IMG/VR virus record: IMGVR_UViG_3300017917_002953 | Coordinates: 5,481-69,480 of that record | Length of the DNA: 64,000 nucleotides | Reading direction: 5' to 3' (one strand) | Origin: a virus | Notes under the pieces: model-generated | The model's database searches: none | The model's input: only the letters and a program-made list of their open reading frames with translations | What the model was told of the DNA's origin: nothing | Program-made: the position numbers and the translations under genes | Part shown: positions 1-8,984 of the stretch, in pieces | Position numbering within the stretch: the stretch's first letter is position 1 | Layout of the letters: each line of letters begins with the position of its first letter

Positions 1-1
1 A

Positions 2-1507
2 TCCAACATTGATAATATGAATTTTATTTGGGTCTAACCCTAATTTTTCTTTAGTACTTTCTTTTGATAATACAATTGTTGGGGTGTATGGAAATTCAAT
101 AACTTCACCATAAGACGGCATATCTCTAAAGGTTACTTCTTTATGAAATGGTGAACAAAATGCATATGCCTCAGGGTGAAATACTTTTTCAATATTTGGT
201 TGAAATACCACATTATGACATGTTTCAACAACTCTCCAAGTTCGGTCATTTTTATAAATAAAATTCATCAACTCATTTGATAATTTATTATATGAATCGA
301 ATGATTCAATCATCTCATCCAAATGAATTACATCAAAATAATTTTCTTCAATAATTTTCTTCAATTCATTTTTGTCTTCACCTAAGGTCCAAAAATGGGT
401 TGGAGGTATTAACTCTTTAATTCTATTTTTTTGAACAACATAATGGTCACTATGATTGGAATATTCCACCACAAACAACTCAACTTTATCATTGTAATAT
501 TTCAATAACGATTCAATTCGTTTTAATAAAAATGACGGCATACCACCGGTTGATAAATGTGGTGCTAAAAATAATACTCTCGTTTTAACATTAACATTGT
601 CTATAATATCAAACATTTTATCAATTTCGTTTTGTCTTTTTTCACCATGAAAAACTTTAATATAATTCTTATTCTCAGGTATTGTATAAAATTCTTTCAC
701 GACAGTATATTCACCACCTTCAAATTTAAAGAAATGGTTTAATGTTTTTGCACCGTCAACATTTATGTATGATAAAGGTAATCCTTCATGGTTAGGGTTA
801 ATTTTCCAAATTAAAACATTATATATTGTTTCTTCGTGGAATGGGGTTATGGTGTTTAATGAAACTAATTTTGGTAAAATATTTTTTGTGTCTCTCCATG
901 TTTTCAAAAATTCTTTGGTGTTGGAATTACCCACTAAAATATTTGTGGTTCGATAATGACTTCGTTGGTTTGGTTCTAATCCCATAAACTTCATTAACGG
1001 CCATTCTAATGTGTTTTCATAATCAACAGTTCCATCATTCCTCCAAAAAGGGTTTCCGACCAATGAACCATCAGATTTTACCAATAAAACATATTCATGG
1101 GGGCCTAAAGTAGCTAAAGGGAATTCTGTGATTTTTGAACAATACATAAACAAATCATCAACATTTTTATTAACAATGCTGTCAGAATCGATATAAACCC
1201 ATTCATTCAAATGTTGGGTTGCTTCCAACATCACATCTATTTTTGCACCTAAAGCGTAATAACTTCTAATGTGATTTCTATTTACGTATGAATTACCGTT
1301 TGCGTCTTCAATAAATCCCTCATCGTCTAATTTTGGTAAATTTAAATTAACCCTATAACATTTTGTTAGATTTTGTAATTCTTCAGACCCATTATAATCT
1401 ACGGTGTATACGATAATATCGTATTTTGAGTATTTTTTTATACTTTTAACTAAATTTAAAGTTATATGTTCGTAGTTTTTAGTTGTGTGAGTAATAAATG
1501 CTCTCAT
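2..1507 (-). CDS. Bifunctional glycosyltransferase (N-terminal GT-A, C-terminal GT-B/GT4); truncated by the window start
   Basis: Manual translation from ATG 1507, which overlaps the upstream stop (ATGA): MRAFITHTTKNY...WVYIDSDSIV (DxD)...RVLFLAPHLSTGGMP...KIHIINVG. The frame stays open to the window edge. Not in the supplied ORF track. Confidence 0.8.
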   Translation of the reverse strand, partial: MRAFITHTTKNYEHITLNLVKSIKKYSKYDIIVYTVDYNGSEELQNLTKCYRVNLNLPKLDDEGFIEDANGNSYVNRNHIRSYYALGAKIDVMLEATQHLNEWVYIDSDSIVNKNVDDLFMYCSKITEFPLATLGPHEYVLLVKSDGSLVGNPFWRNDGTVDYENTLEWPLMKFMGLEPNQRSHYRTTNILVGNSNTKEFLKTWRDTKNILPKLVSLNTITPFHEETIYNVLIWKINPNHEGLPLSYINVDGAKTLNHFFKFEGGEYTVVKEFYTIPENKNYIKVFHGEKRQNEIDKMFDIIDNVNVKTRVLFLAPHLSTGGMPSFLLKRIESLLKYYNDKVELFVVEYSNHSDHYVVQKNRIKELIPPTHFWTLGEDKNELKKIIEENYFDVIHLDEMIESFDSYNKLSNELMNFIYKNDRTWRVVETCHNVVFQPNIEKVFHPEAYAFCSPFHKEVTFRDMPSYGEVIEFPYTPTIVLSKESTKEKLGLDPNKIHIINVG

Positions 1508-3090
1508 ATTTTCAATTTGTGTATTGATATTAAATTGTTAATCTTATCATAACCTTCAATAATGATTGAATCACCTATAATGTTTTTAGGTAATTCTAAG
1601 TATATTGTTTCTCTATCTGATAATTCGTAGAAATCCATTTCATGAATTATTTCTCTATTTAAATTTTTGATGATGATTTTAATAAATTCTAATTTGTTGA
1701 TTGGTTTGAATGAAATATTATGATTATCATGTCTCATATTAACAATCGCACCACCGGAGAAAAAATTTAAATCACTCAATAATTTAACCCTCTCTTCTTT
1801 TTTATAACCGGTTACATGCACAATAAAATCATTTGGTTCCCATACCAAATTATTAACACCTTTATTATGGAATGTTATAAAAGGTGAATTCATATACCAA
1901 AACGTATTTAAGATTTTTTCATCAATAATTTTTATATGATTTTTAAATTGAGGTTTTAAAATGGTGGACCTAGTCTGTCTTCCCTCATAATCAAATGTGT
2001 GATAATCCATGTTTTTGGGTAAATCCTCACATTTCCAAATATCTTCCAAAATTTGTATTCCCATTTCATCATTTTTAACCAAAAACTGACTTGTAATGAT
2101 ATTATCGGTTTTGAATGGTGTTATGGTTGGGGTGTCAATTGCAGGTACATTATGTGAAGGAACAATAAAAGAATATTTTTCATCAATAATTGTTTCTAAC
2201 TTAATAGTTGAATTCATTATTAAACAATCCAAATCAATAAAAAATAACCAATCAAAATTATCATTCTTTAATATTTCAATTGATTTGGATATTTTAGCCC
2301 AAGATGCATGTCGGTCAAAATTCTCAACTTTATGTGGGATTAAAGTGTATCCATGAATTTCACAATATTGTTGAATATTAGTGTCAACTGTGATTTTTTT
2401 CATTTCTTCATAGTTGTCATCATATACGACTAATACTGCAATTTTTTTAGATGTTACTTTTTTTTTTATCCACCAAGAACCAAACCATTCTTTAGTTACT
2501 TGTGGATTATATTCGTGTTTAGAACAAAACTCATCAACGGCCGGATTAACACCAAATATTCCGTGATAGAAATTACCGCTATAAATGTGTTTATCTTTTT
2601 GATTTTCACAAAAGTTTTGGTCACCATACCAATCCATACGAATATAGTCGTGACCACATAAATAACCACCTTCTTTAATTTTTGGATACCAAAGTTCGAT
2701 GTCTTGAACTACATAGTCATACGCGTGATTTGCGTCAATATAAACAAAATCTAAAGAATTGTCTTCAAACATATCTGCGGCAACTTCTGAGGTTGCTCTA
2801 ACCATAACTGCTCTATCTTCGAATCCTTTAATGTTGTTCATTGCCTCACCATAAACTCCGTTTTCAAAATTTGTGTGATTACTTGAATCTAAATATTCTT
2901 CATTTGATAATGGTCTCCAAACATCTACCATGTATAAAGTACCGGACCAATTATTCATTATTTCTTTTGAAAACTCACCTTTAAATGTCCCGACTTCAAC
3001 ACCTTTTCCTTTTGGAAATTCTTTACCAATTATATTGATTAAATCAGTTCTAGTAAAATCTTGTAAATTCATAATTTTAATTTTATTCAA
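1504..3090 (-). CDS. Class I SAM methyltransferase (Methyltransf_24-like) fused to a GT34-like glycosyltransferase
   Basis: VEVGTFKG, DFVYIDANHAYD and GGYLCGHDY, followed by SWAKI, WLFFIDLDCLIMN and DFIVHVTG. Confidence 0.8.
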   Translation of the reverse strand: MNKIKIMNLQDFTRTDLINIIGKEFPKGKGVEVGTFKGEFSKEIMNNWSGTLYMVDVWRPLSNEEYLDSSNHTNFENGVYGEAMNNIKGFEDRAVMVRATSEVAADMFEDNSLDFVYIDANHAYDYVVQDIELWYPKIKEGGYLCGHDYIRMDWYGDQNFCENQKDKHIYSGNFYHGIFGVNPAVDEFCSKHEYNPQVTKEWFGSWWIKKKVTSKKIAVLVVYDDNYEEMKKITVDTNIQQYCEIHGYTLIPHKVENFDRHASWAKISKSIEILKNDNFDWLFFIDLDCLIMNSTIKLETIIDEKYSFIVPSHNVPAIDTPTITPFKTDNIITSQFLVKNDEMGIQILEDIWKCEDLPKNMDYHTFDYEGRQTRSTILKPQFKNHIKIIDEKILNTFWYMNSPFITFHNKGVNNLVWEPNDFIVHVTGYKKEERVKLLSDLNFFSGGAIVNMRHDNHNISFKPINKLEFIKIIIKNLNREIIHEMDFYELSDRETIYLELPKNIIGDSIIIEGYDKINNLISIHKLKI

Positions 3091-3156
3091 AATAATAAAC
3101 CAAAACTATTTAATAATCCACACTTAAATGTACTTTTAGTTGTATTTATACAAGAT

Positions 3157-3624
3157 ATGATTTCAATAACTTTAACAGGAATAACTGGGACTGCACCATA
3201 TGTAATATCGGTTTGTGATATTACAAAAACTTATTGTTATAATGTTTATACCGGTACACCGACTTTACCTTTAACAGTCGAAGTGCCTTCACAACTATCC
3301 ACCGCGAATCAAGTATTGTTGGATGTTGTGGATTCTCAAAATTGTGATTATTTTCAAATCATATCGTGTATACCATCTTCACCAACACCGACAACGACTA
3401 CAACACCAACTCCCACACCAACACCTAGTGGATGTGCTTGTTTAACTTTTGAGAATACGGGAGTAACAAATGCGAATATTACTTATACTCGATGTGATGG
3501 AGTTATAATTACTGAAACACTTTATGTTGGAACCATATTATATTATTGTGGGGGTAATCCGACTTTTGATGGGGATGTGTCAGTAACAATTGGACCTGCT
3601 TGTGTTAATAATACCTGTATTTAA
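3157..3624 (+). CDS. Small Cys-rich protein with a Pro/Thr linker (putative virion surface protein)
   Basis: GTAPYVISVCD start resembles the starts of ORFs 7175 and 7390; PTPT linker. Confidence 0.6.
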   Translation: MISITLTGITGTAPYVISVCDITKTYCYNVYTGTPTLPLTVEVPSQLSTANQVLLDVVDSQNCDYFQIISCIPSSPTPTTTTTPTPTPTPSGCACLTFENTGVTNANITYTRCDGVIITETLYVGTILYYCGGNPTFDGDVSVTIGPACVNNTCI

Positions 3625-3625
3625 T

Positions 3626-3659
3626 AAAAAAAAAGGGATAGTAGCGAACTTCCCTTTTT
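3626..3659. terminator. Bidirectional intrinsic terminator between convergent genes
   Basis: AAAAAGGGA-(TAGTAGCGAACT)-TCCCTTTTT with A/T tracts on both sides. Confidence 0.7.
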
Positions 3660-3684
3660 AAAAGTCACCTTAACAGTAACGGTC

Positions 3685-3873
3685 CTAAACGTCCTCTTCT
3701 TTGAGAGGTGGCTTCTCAGATTTTGATTTGTATAATTTGAGTAATTTTAAGGAATCTTTATAGTGTTTTTCTAGTCTATCAAGTTCGTCTAATGGTGTAG
3801 TATTTTCACAGGCCAAATAATATTGTTCTTCGGCCTCTTGAATAATTTTTTCTATTGTCGAAAGAAGTTTCAT
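3685..3873 (-). CDS. 62-aa hypothetical helical protein
   Basis: Has its own TATTTATA motif 4 nt upstream and a terminator downstream. Confidence 0.65.
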   Translation of the reverse strand: MKLLSTIEKIIQEAEEQYYLACENTTPLDELDRLEKHYKDSLKLLKLYKSKSEKPPLKEEDV

Positions 3874-3981
3874 ATTATATAAATATCCTGAAGACCTCTC
3901 TTTATTTGTTTTTTTATAAAACTATATTTCTTTTTGAATAAAAACCTATTATCAGGTTATTTATAGTAAATTGAATTTTGA

Positions 3982-6900
3982 ATGGCTTGTAAGTATTATA
4001 ATGTAACGATAAGTGCACTTGATTTAGCGGACGCAACCGGAAACTCTAATCCATCATTAAATGGAGTTGTTTTTGTTAGTTATACCGATTGTTTTGGTTC
4101 GCCAATTGAGACAAGTTATGCGAGTGCGGGTACATATGTTGATGATATATGTGCAGATAATACTGATTTTGTTGGTGTTTTCTATTGGAAAGATAATAGT
4201 CAATTTCTATCAATTAATAGTAGTGCTACAGAGCAAGGTGATTGTTCGGTAGGGACACCAACGCCTACACCAACACCTACTACAACACCTGTTTATATCT
4301 GTGAATATTATGACACATATGTGTATGAATCAGACTTATTATTAGCCACTGGTAATACTGACCCTTCATTAAATAATGTTGTAGTTTATCAATATGCGGG
4401 ATGTGACGGAAATCCTGCGGTTTACAAACAGGGGGTGTCAGGAAATACTTCCAACGCTTTATGTGTTTCTAGTGAAGGTGGGGGATTTATTTTCATATGG
4501 GTTTATACCGATGATGTTCAAAATTTTGCAACTAGTTACGCGACTAATACTACAAATTTATGTTTTGTCCCAACACCAACGCCAACACCAACAAATACTC
4601 AAACACCAACAAATACTCAAACACCAACAAATACTCAAACACCGACTAATACTCCAACACAAACTCCACCCGCATGTTATTATATTGGAAAGTTTTTATA
4701 TAGTTCGGTTGATTGTAATGGTGCTTGTACAAGTATTGAACAAGTTGATTTATATTCAAATACTGAGCCGATAGTACCAGGGTCAATATTATATTCAGGG
4801 ACTTGTGTGACCACTGTAAACGATGGTTATTATTCGTTGGCGTCTACTGCAGGGCCAAGTAATTTAGGATGTTATACAGTTAATGGTGGTAGTGGTGTTA
4901 TTAGTTCATATTCTATCTGTGTAACACCAACACCAACACCAACACCAACAACTACACCGACACCAACTAATACTCAAACACCTACTCAAACTGCAACTAA
5001 AACTCAAACACCTACTCAAACACCTACACCAACAAACACTCCAACAGGAGGGTATATTGTTGAGTTTCAAAGTTGTGTGAATTCACTTAATAAATTTAGA
5101 TTTATTGGATTACCATCGACATTTTCTATCGGTGAAACTTATTTAATTGATAATAGTAGTGAGTATGAAGGTTGCGCTACTGTTGTTACATATACAGGGT
5201 CAGGGCCAATTTATAATGGTTCGGGGGTAAGTTTTACACAAATGAGTTTTGGTTGTGGAGACCCAACATGTCCGACAACAAATAATATTCCGGCCGTACT
5301 TACAAAATGTTCTGACGGGACAATATTATATGCCAATGTTGAAGAAGGAACTGCGTTTGTTGGGGCGGCTTATTTGTATAATGGTGAATGTTATGAGTTC
5401 ATCGAATTCTCAGGACCGGGAGGACCTAATTTAGGGGAACCTGATTACAAAAGTTGTTTATATTGTATTCCAACTCAGACGCCAACACCAACACCTCAAC
5501 CAACACCTACAATAACACCAACACCATCAACAACACCGATTGCGTGTTCAAACAGTGTTTATTGTTTTAGAACTACATTATCATCTTTATCAGGTTATAG
5601 TGGAAATTATACATCTGCTGGTTCATATAATTCAAAACCTTATTATTCGGGAGATTCGGTGAGTACTTCCTTTATTTATTATACCGGAAATTATTGGTGT
5701 TTAAGTGGAAGTTTAGGTGGGTCTTGTTTATTACAGGGGGCAGAACCTTGTTATTCAAATTGTCCTGATATTTCTGCTAATGATTTTTCGGTTGGACCAT
5801 GTCCTTCACCGACACCATTGCCAATTGATTGTTCGACTTTTGATTTTAGTGCTTATTTTGATTGTGATTTTGAGCCGACGCCAACTCCAATCCCGGTTAT
5901 TGATTGTGATGATGTTGATTTTACTATTGATAGTATTGGTGTGACTCCAACACCTTCACCAACACCTACAAGTGCATGTAATTTAACTTCGGTTTCGTTT
6001 AGTTTAAGTTCGTATACGCCATCAACACCAAGTGTTACGGTTACACCATCAGTTACTGTAAGTAATACAGTTCCTGCCGGTGGATTGGTTACATTCAATA
6101 TGATGGAAGATACATTTAAGTGTGTGTTAGTAAAAGTATTGAAACTTTGTTCTGATGGTAGTGAAATATATGTGACAGATGGATTGGTGTATAATAATTT
6201 ACCTTTAACGACCGGAACAACATTCTTGGCTTTAATCAATAATGTTCAAACATGTGTAACTTATGATAGAGATGATTTCAATTTCTCATCTAATGTAAAT
6301 GTTGATTCAATTATAAATGTATACGGTAATTGTGGTGCTTGTAATGTATTACCTACACCAACTCAAACACCAACAACGACTCAAACTCCTACACCTACAA
6401 ATACATCAACACCTACACAAACATCAAGTCAAACACCTACTCAAACTATGACACCAACACCAACAAGAACCCCTAATGGAACTCCACCTGAGACTCCAAC
6501 ACCAACACCAACAAATACACCAACAAATACAAATACGCCTACAAATACAAGAACTCAAACACCAACACCAACACCAACGTCAAAATATGTTTATGTTTAT
6601 GAGAGTTGTTCACCTATTAAAGGTTCTTTGTTTGATTTTACATCACTTAAAACTCAAATTGGACAATCAGTACCACATCCAAATGTTAATATTGGAGAAA
6701 TTTTCGCAGACCAAAATGGTGTTTGTTGGACTTTCTTAGGTCAGTTTGATGCTAATTATTCACCGACACCTCCAAATAGTGTGATTTACACAACATCGGA
6801 TACGGATTATTTCACAATACCGACATTAACGACCTTTATAACTTGTGAAAGATGTGAAAATATTGCGACAATATATAGTTTTGGGGGTTCAAAAGATGGA

Positions 6901-7164
6901 TTTGTAAAACCGGATGCCGCTTGTGTTGATGTAAATTTAAATGGTTCAACGATTTCATATTATTCTTACACTCAAAGTTTAGAGGTGGGAAGTGTAATTT
7001 ATGTAAATACAGGTGATTTTTTTAATCCGGTTTATGAACCTTTGGCTGGTGGTAATTTATATTATGCGATTGGGGATTCAATTCTTAATTTTTATTCTTC
7101 ATATCAAATAAATAATTTAGGGGTAATAATTTCAATTGGAAATTTAAGTTGTATTTTAATTTAA
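3982..7164 (+). CDS. Large Cys-rich protein with several Pro/Thr (mucin-like) linkers; putative virion fibre or decoration protein
   Basis: At least six TPTPTP/TQTPTN blocks separating Cys-rich modules. Confidence 0.7.
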   Translation: MACKYYNVTISALDLADATGNSNPSLNGVVFVSYTDCFGSPIETSYASAGTYVDDICADNTDFVGVFYWKDNSQFLSINSSATEQGDCSVGTPTPTPTPTTTPVYICEYYDTYVYESDLLLATGNTDPSLNNVVVYQYAGCDGNPAVYKQGVSGNTSNALCVSSEGGGFIFIWVYTDDVQNFATSYATNTTNLCFVPTPTPTPTNTQTPTNTQTPTNTQTPTNTPTQTPPACYYIGKFLYSSVDCNGACTSIEQVDLYSNTEPIVPGSILYSGTCVTTVNDGYYSLASTAGPSNLGCYTVNGGSGVISSYSICVTPTPTPTPTTTPTPTNTQTPTQTATKTQTPTQTPTPTNTPTGGYIVEFQSCVNSLNKFRFIGLPSTFSIGETYLIDNSSEYEGCATVVTYTGSGPIYNGSGVSFTQMSFGCGDPTCPTTNNIPAVLTKCSDGTILYANVEEGTAFVGAAYLYNGECYEFIEFSGPGGPNLGEPDYKSCLYCIPTQTPTPTPQPTPTITPTPSTTPIACSNSVYCFRTTLSSLSGYSGNYTSAGSYNSKPYYSGDSVSTSFIYYTGNYWCLSGSLGGSCLLQGAEPCYSNCPDISANDFSVGPCPSPTPLPIDCSTFDFSAYFDCDFEPTPTPIPVIDCDDVDFTIDSIGVTPTPSPTPTSACNLTSVSFSLSSYTPSTPSVTVTPSVTVSNTVPAGGLVTFNMMEDTFKCVLVKVLKLCSDGSEIYVTDGLVYNNLPLTTGTTFLALINNVQTCVTYDRDDFNFSSNVNVDSIINVYGNCGACNVLPTPTQTPTTTQTPTPTNTSTPTQTSSQTPTQTMTPTPTRTPNGTPPETPTPTPTNTPTNTNTPTNTRTQTPTPTPTSKYVYVYESCSPIKGSLFDFTSLKTQIGQSVPHPNVNIGEIFADQNGVCWTFLGQFDANYSPTPPNSVIYTTSDTDYFTIPTLTTFITCERCENIATIYSFGGSKDGFVKPDAACVDVNLNGSTISYYSYTQSLEVGSVIYVNTGDFFNPVYEPLAGGNLYYAIGDSILNFYSSYQINNLGVIISIGNLSCILI
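4585..4638 (+). repeat. Three 18-bp tandem repeats (ACACCAACAAATACTCAA, encoding TPTNTQ)
   Basis: Exact tandem copies inside the CDS. Confidence 0.85.
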
Positions 7165-7174
7165 AGAAAAAGAA

Positions 7175-7390
7175 ATGGCAATACAAGTAACAATAGATAC
7201 AATCGCAGGACTACCACCATTCGACATTTATATATGTCAATCAAATGGTACGGGTTGTTTTTATATCTCAACTATAGAATCAACACCATATGTGTTTGAT
7301 ATACCCGAACCATATGATAATGCAACAACTTATCAATTAAAAGTAATTGATGGAAATAACTGTACAATAACCGGAATAGAAAGTATATAA
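7175..7390 (+). CDS. Small beta-rich structural protein; same module as the N-termini of ORFs 3157 and 7390
   Basis: GLPPFDIYIC...PYVFDIPEPYD...KVIDGNNC. Confidence 0.6.
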   Translation: MAIQVTIDTIAGLPPFDIYICQSNGTGCFYISTIESTPYVFDIPEPYDNATTYQLKVIDGNNCTITGIESI

Positions 7391-8946
7391 TGAGTCAAGA
7401 AGTAACAATATTATCAGTAACTGCAAACACACCTGTGGATGTGTATTATTGTGATTCGTTTAGTGCGAATTGTGTTTTTGTGGATTCAGTAACCGTGTTT
7501 CCTTTTACTTTTGACGTTCCACCTCCATATGACCAAACAAATATTGTAATTAAAATAATCGATAATGAAGATTGTGTTGATGGTGAAGTAATTCCAATCA
7601 GTCCAACACCGACAAGTAGTGTTACACCGACTATGACGCCAACATCAACTCAAACGCCAACTAATACTCAAACACCAACACAAACCCAAACTCAAACTTC
7701 GACACAGACGGGTACGCCAACTCAAACACCAACAAATACTGTAACTCCAAGTCAAACACCGGTTGCGGCAATTCATTATGTTGGGCAAAATCCTTTTACA
7801 ACTTCAGGTGAAGTCTGTAATGATATTGTTACAATTTTACCATATTATACTTATTTAAGTGAATCAAACAATGTTCCAGTAATTGGTGTTACGGTTTATC
7901 AAACAATTCTTAATGGGGTTCTTTATAACCCATTCAGCGGAGGTGAAAAATATTATAAAATGACATTTGGTGAATATTATTATGCGGTACAAATTAACGA
8001 TGATGGTGAGATAATGTCTTTTAATATCTGTTCGCAGTTAATTACACCAACACCAACGCCAACTATGACATCTACTCAAACTCCTACTAATACATCAACA
8101 AATACTAATACACCAACAAATACACCAACAAATACCTCAACACCTACCAATACTCCAACAAATACTTCAACACCTACCAATACTCCAACAAACACGACAA
8201 CTCCAACACAAACAAAAACACCGGGATTTACACCAACTAATACTCCAACAAATACCTCAACACCTACTCCAACACCAACTAGTTTACCTTTGGCAATATC
8301 TCAATATGGTTATCTTTATAATGAAAATTTTGCTCATGTAAGTAATTTTGCACCAACAGGGTGGAGAATACCCGAATACCACAGTAGTGCCGGAACACTT
8401 AGTGATTTGTTTATATTGATAAATTATATTAGCTCTAATGGAGGAAAATTAAAAAGTATGAGAACCGCTCCTATGGCTCAACCGAGGTGGGAAGTTCCTA
8501 ATACTGGTGCGGTTGACATTTATGGATTTTCGGCTTTAGGTGCGGGATTTAGACAACAAAATGGTAATTTTTGGCCTCTTGGGTACGAATTTAGATTATT
8601 AGGTGGTGGATATGATTATACTGGATTAATCCCTGTTTTTAGTACTCTTCGATTGAGTACTAATAGTTCGAGTGCAACAATTGCAGCAGGTACTAGTATG
8701 CAGAATTATGGTCAATCCGTTCGATTTATTAAAGAAGACCCAAACGATTGGTCTCCGGGTGATACTGTAACGGATTACGAAGGTAATGTTTATAATACTG
8801 TCCAAGTTGGGACTCAAGTTTGGACAGTTGAAAATTGGAGGTCTCTTAAATATTTTGATGGGTCAGATATACCATTAGTTCAAGATAGTTCGGCATGGAT
8901 TGCATTAACAATACCGGCAGCTTGTTATAATACGCTGAATTATTAA
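7390..8946 (+). CDS. Pro/Thr-rich protein with a C-terminal, circularly permuted Fib_succ_major (FISUMP) domain
   Basis: YGYLYN, PTGWRIP, GFSALGAGFR, GQSVRFIK, then DYEGNVYNTVQVGTQVW. Confidence 0.75.
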   Translation: MSQEVTILSVTANTPVDVYYCDSFSANCVFVDSVTVFPFTFDVPPPYDQTNIVIKIIDNEDCVDGEVIPISPTPTSSVTPTMTPTSTQTPTNTQTPTQTQTQTSTQTGTPTQTPTNTVTPSQTPVAAIHYVGQNPFTTSGEVCNDIVTILPYYTYLSESNNVPVIGVTVYQTILNGVLYNPFSGGEKYYKMTFGEYYYAVQINDDGEIMSFNICSQLITPTPTPTMTSTQTPTNTSTNTNTPTNTPTNTSTPTNTPTNTSTPTNTPTNTTTPTQTKTPGFTPTNTPTNTSTPTPTPTSLPLAISQYGYLYNENFAHVSNFAPTGWRIPEYHSSAGTLSDLFILINYISSNGGKLKSMRTAPMAQPRWEVPNTGAVDIYGFSALGAGFRQQNGNFWPLGYEFRLLGGGYDYTGLIPVFSTLRLSTNSSSATIAAGTSMQNYGQSVRFIKEDPNDWSPGDTVTDYEGNVYNTVQVGTQVWTVENWRSLKYFDGSDIPLVQDSSAWIALTIPAACYNTLNY

Positions 8947-8984
8947 ATAAAATAAATAAAAATATAATTATAGAATAAAGAAGA

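Noticed and set aside
765-956. 63-aa + strand ORF
   Set aside because: Shadow ORF opposite the truncated glycosyltransferase.
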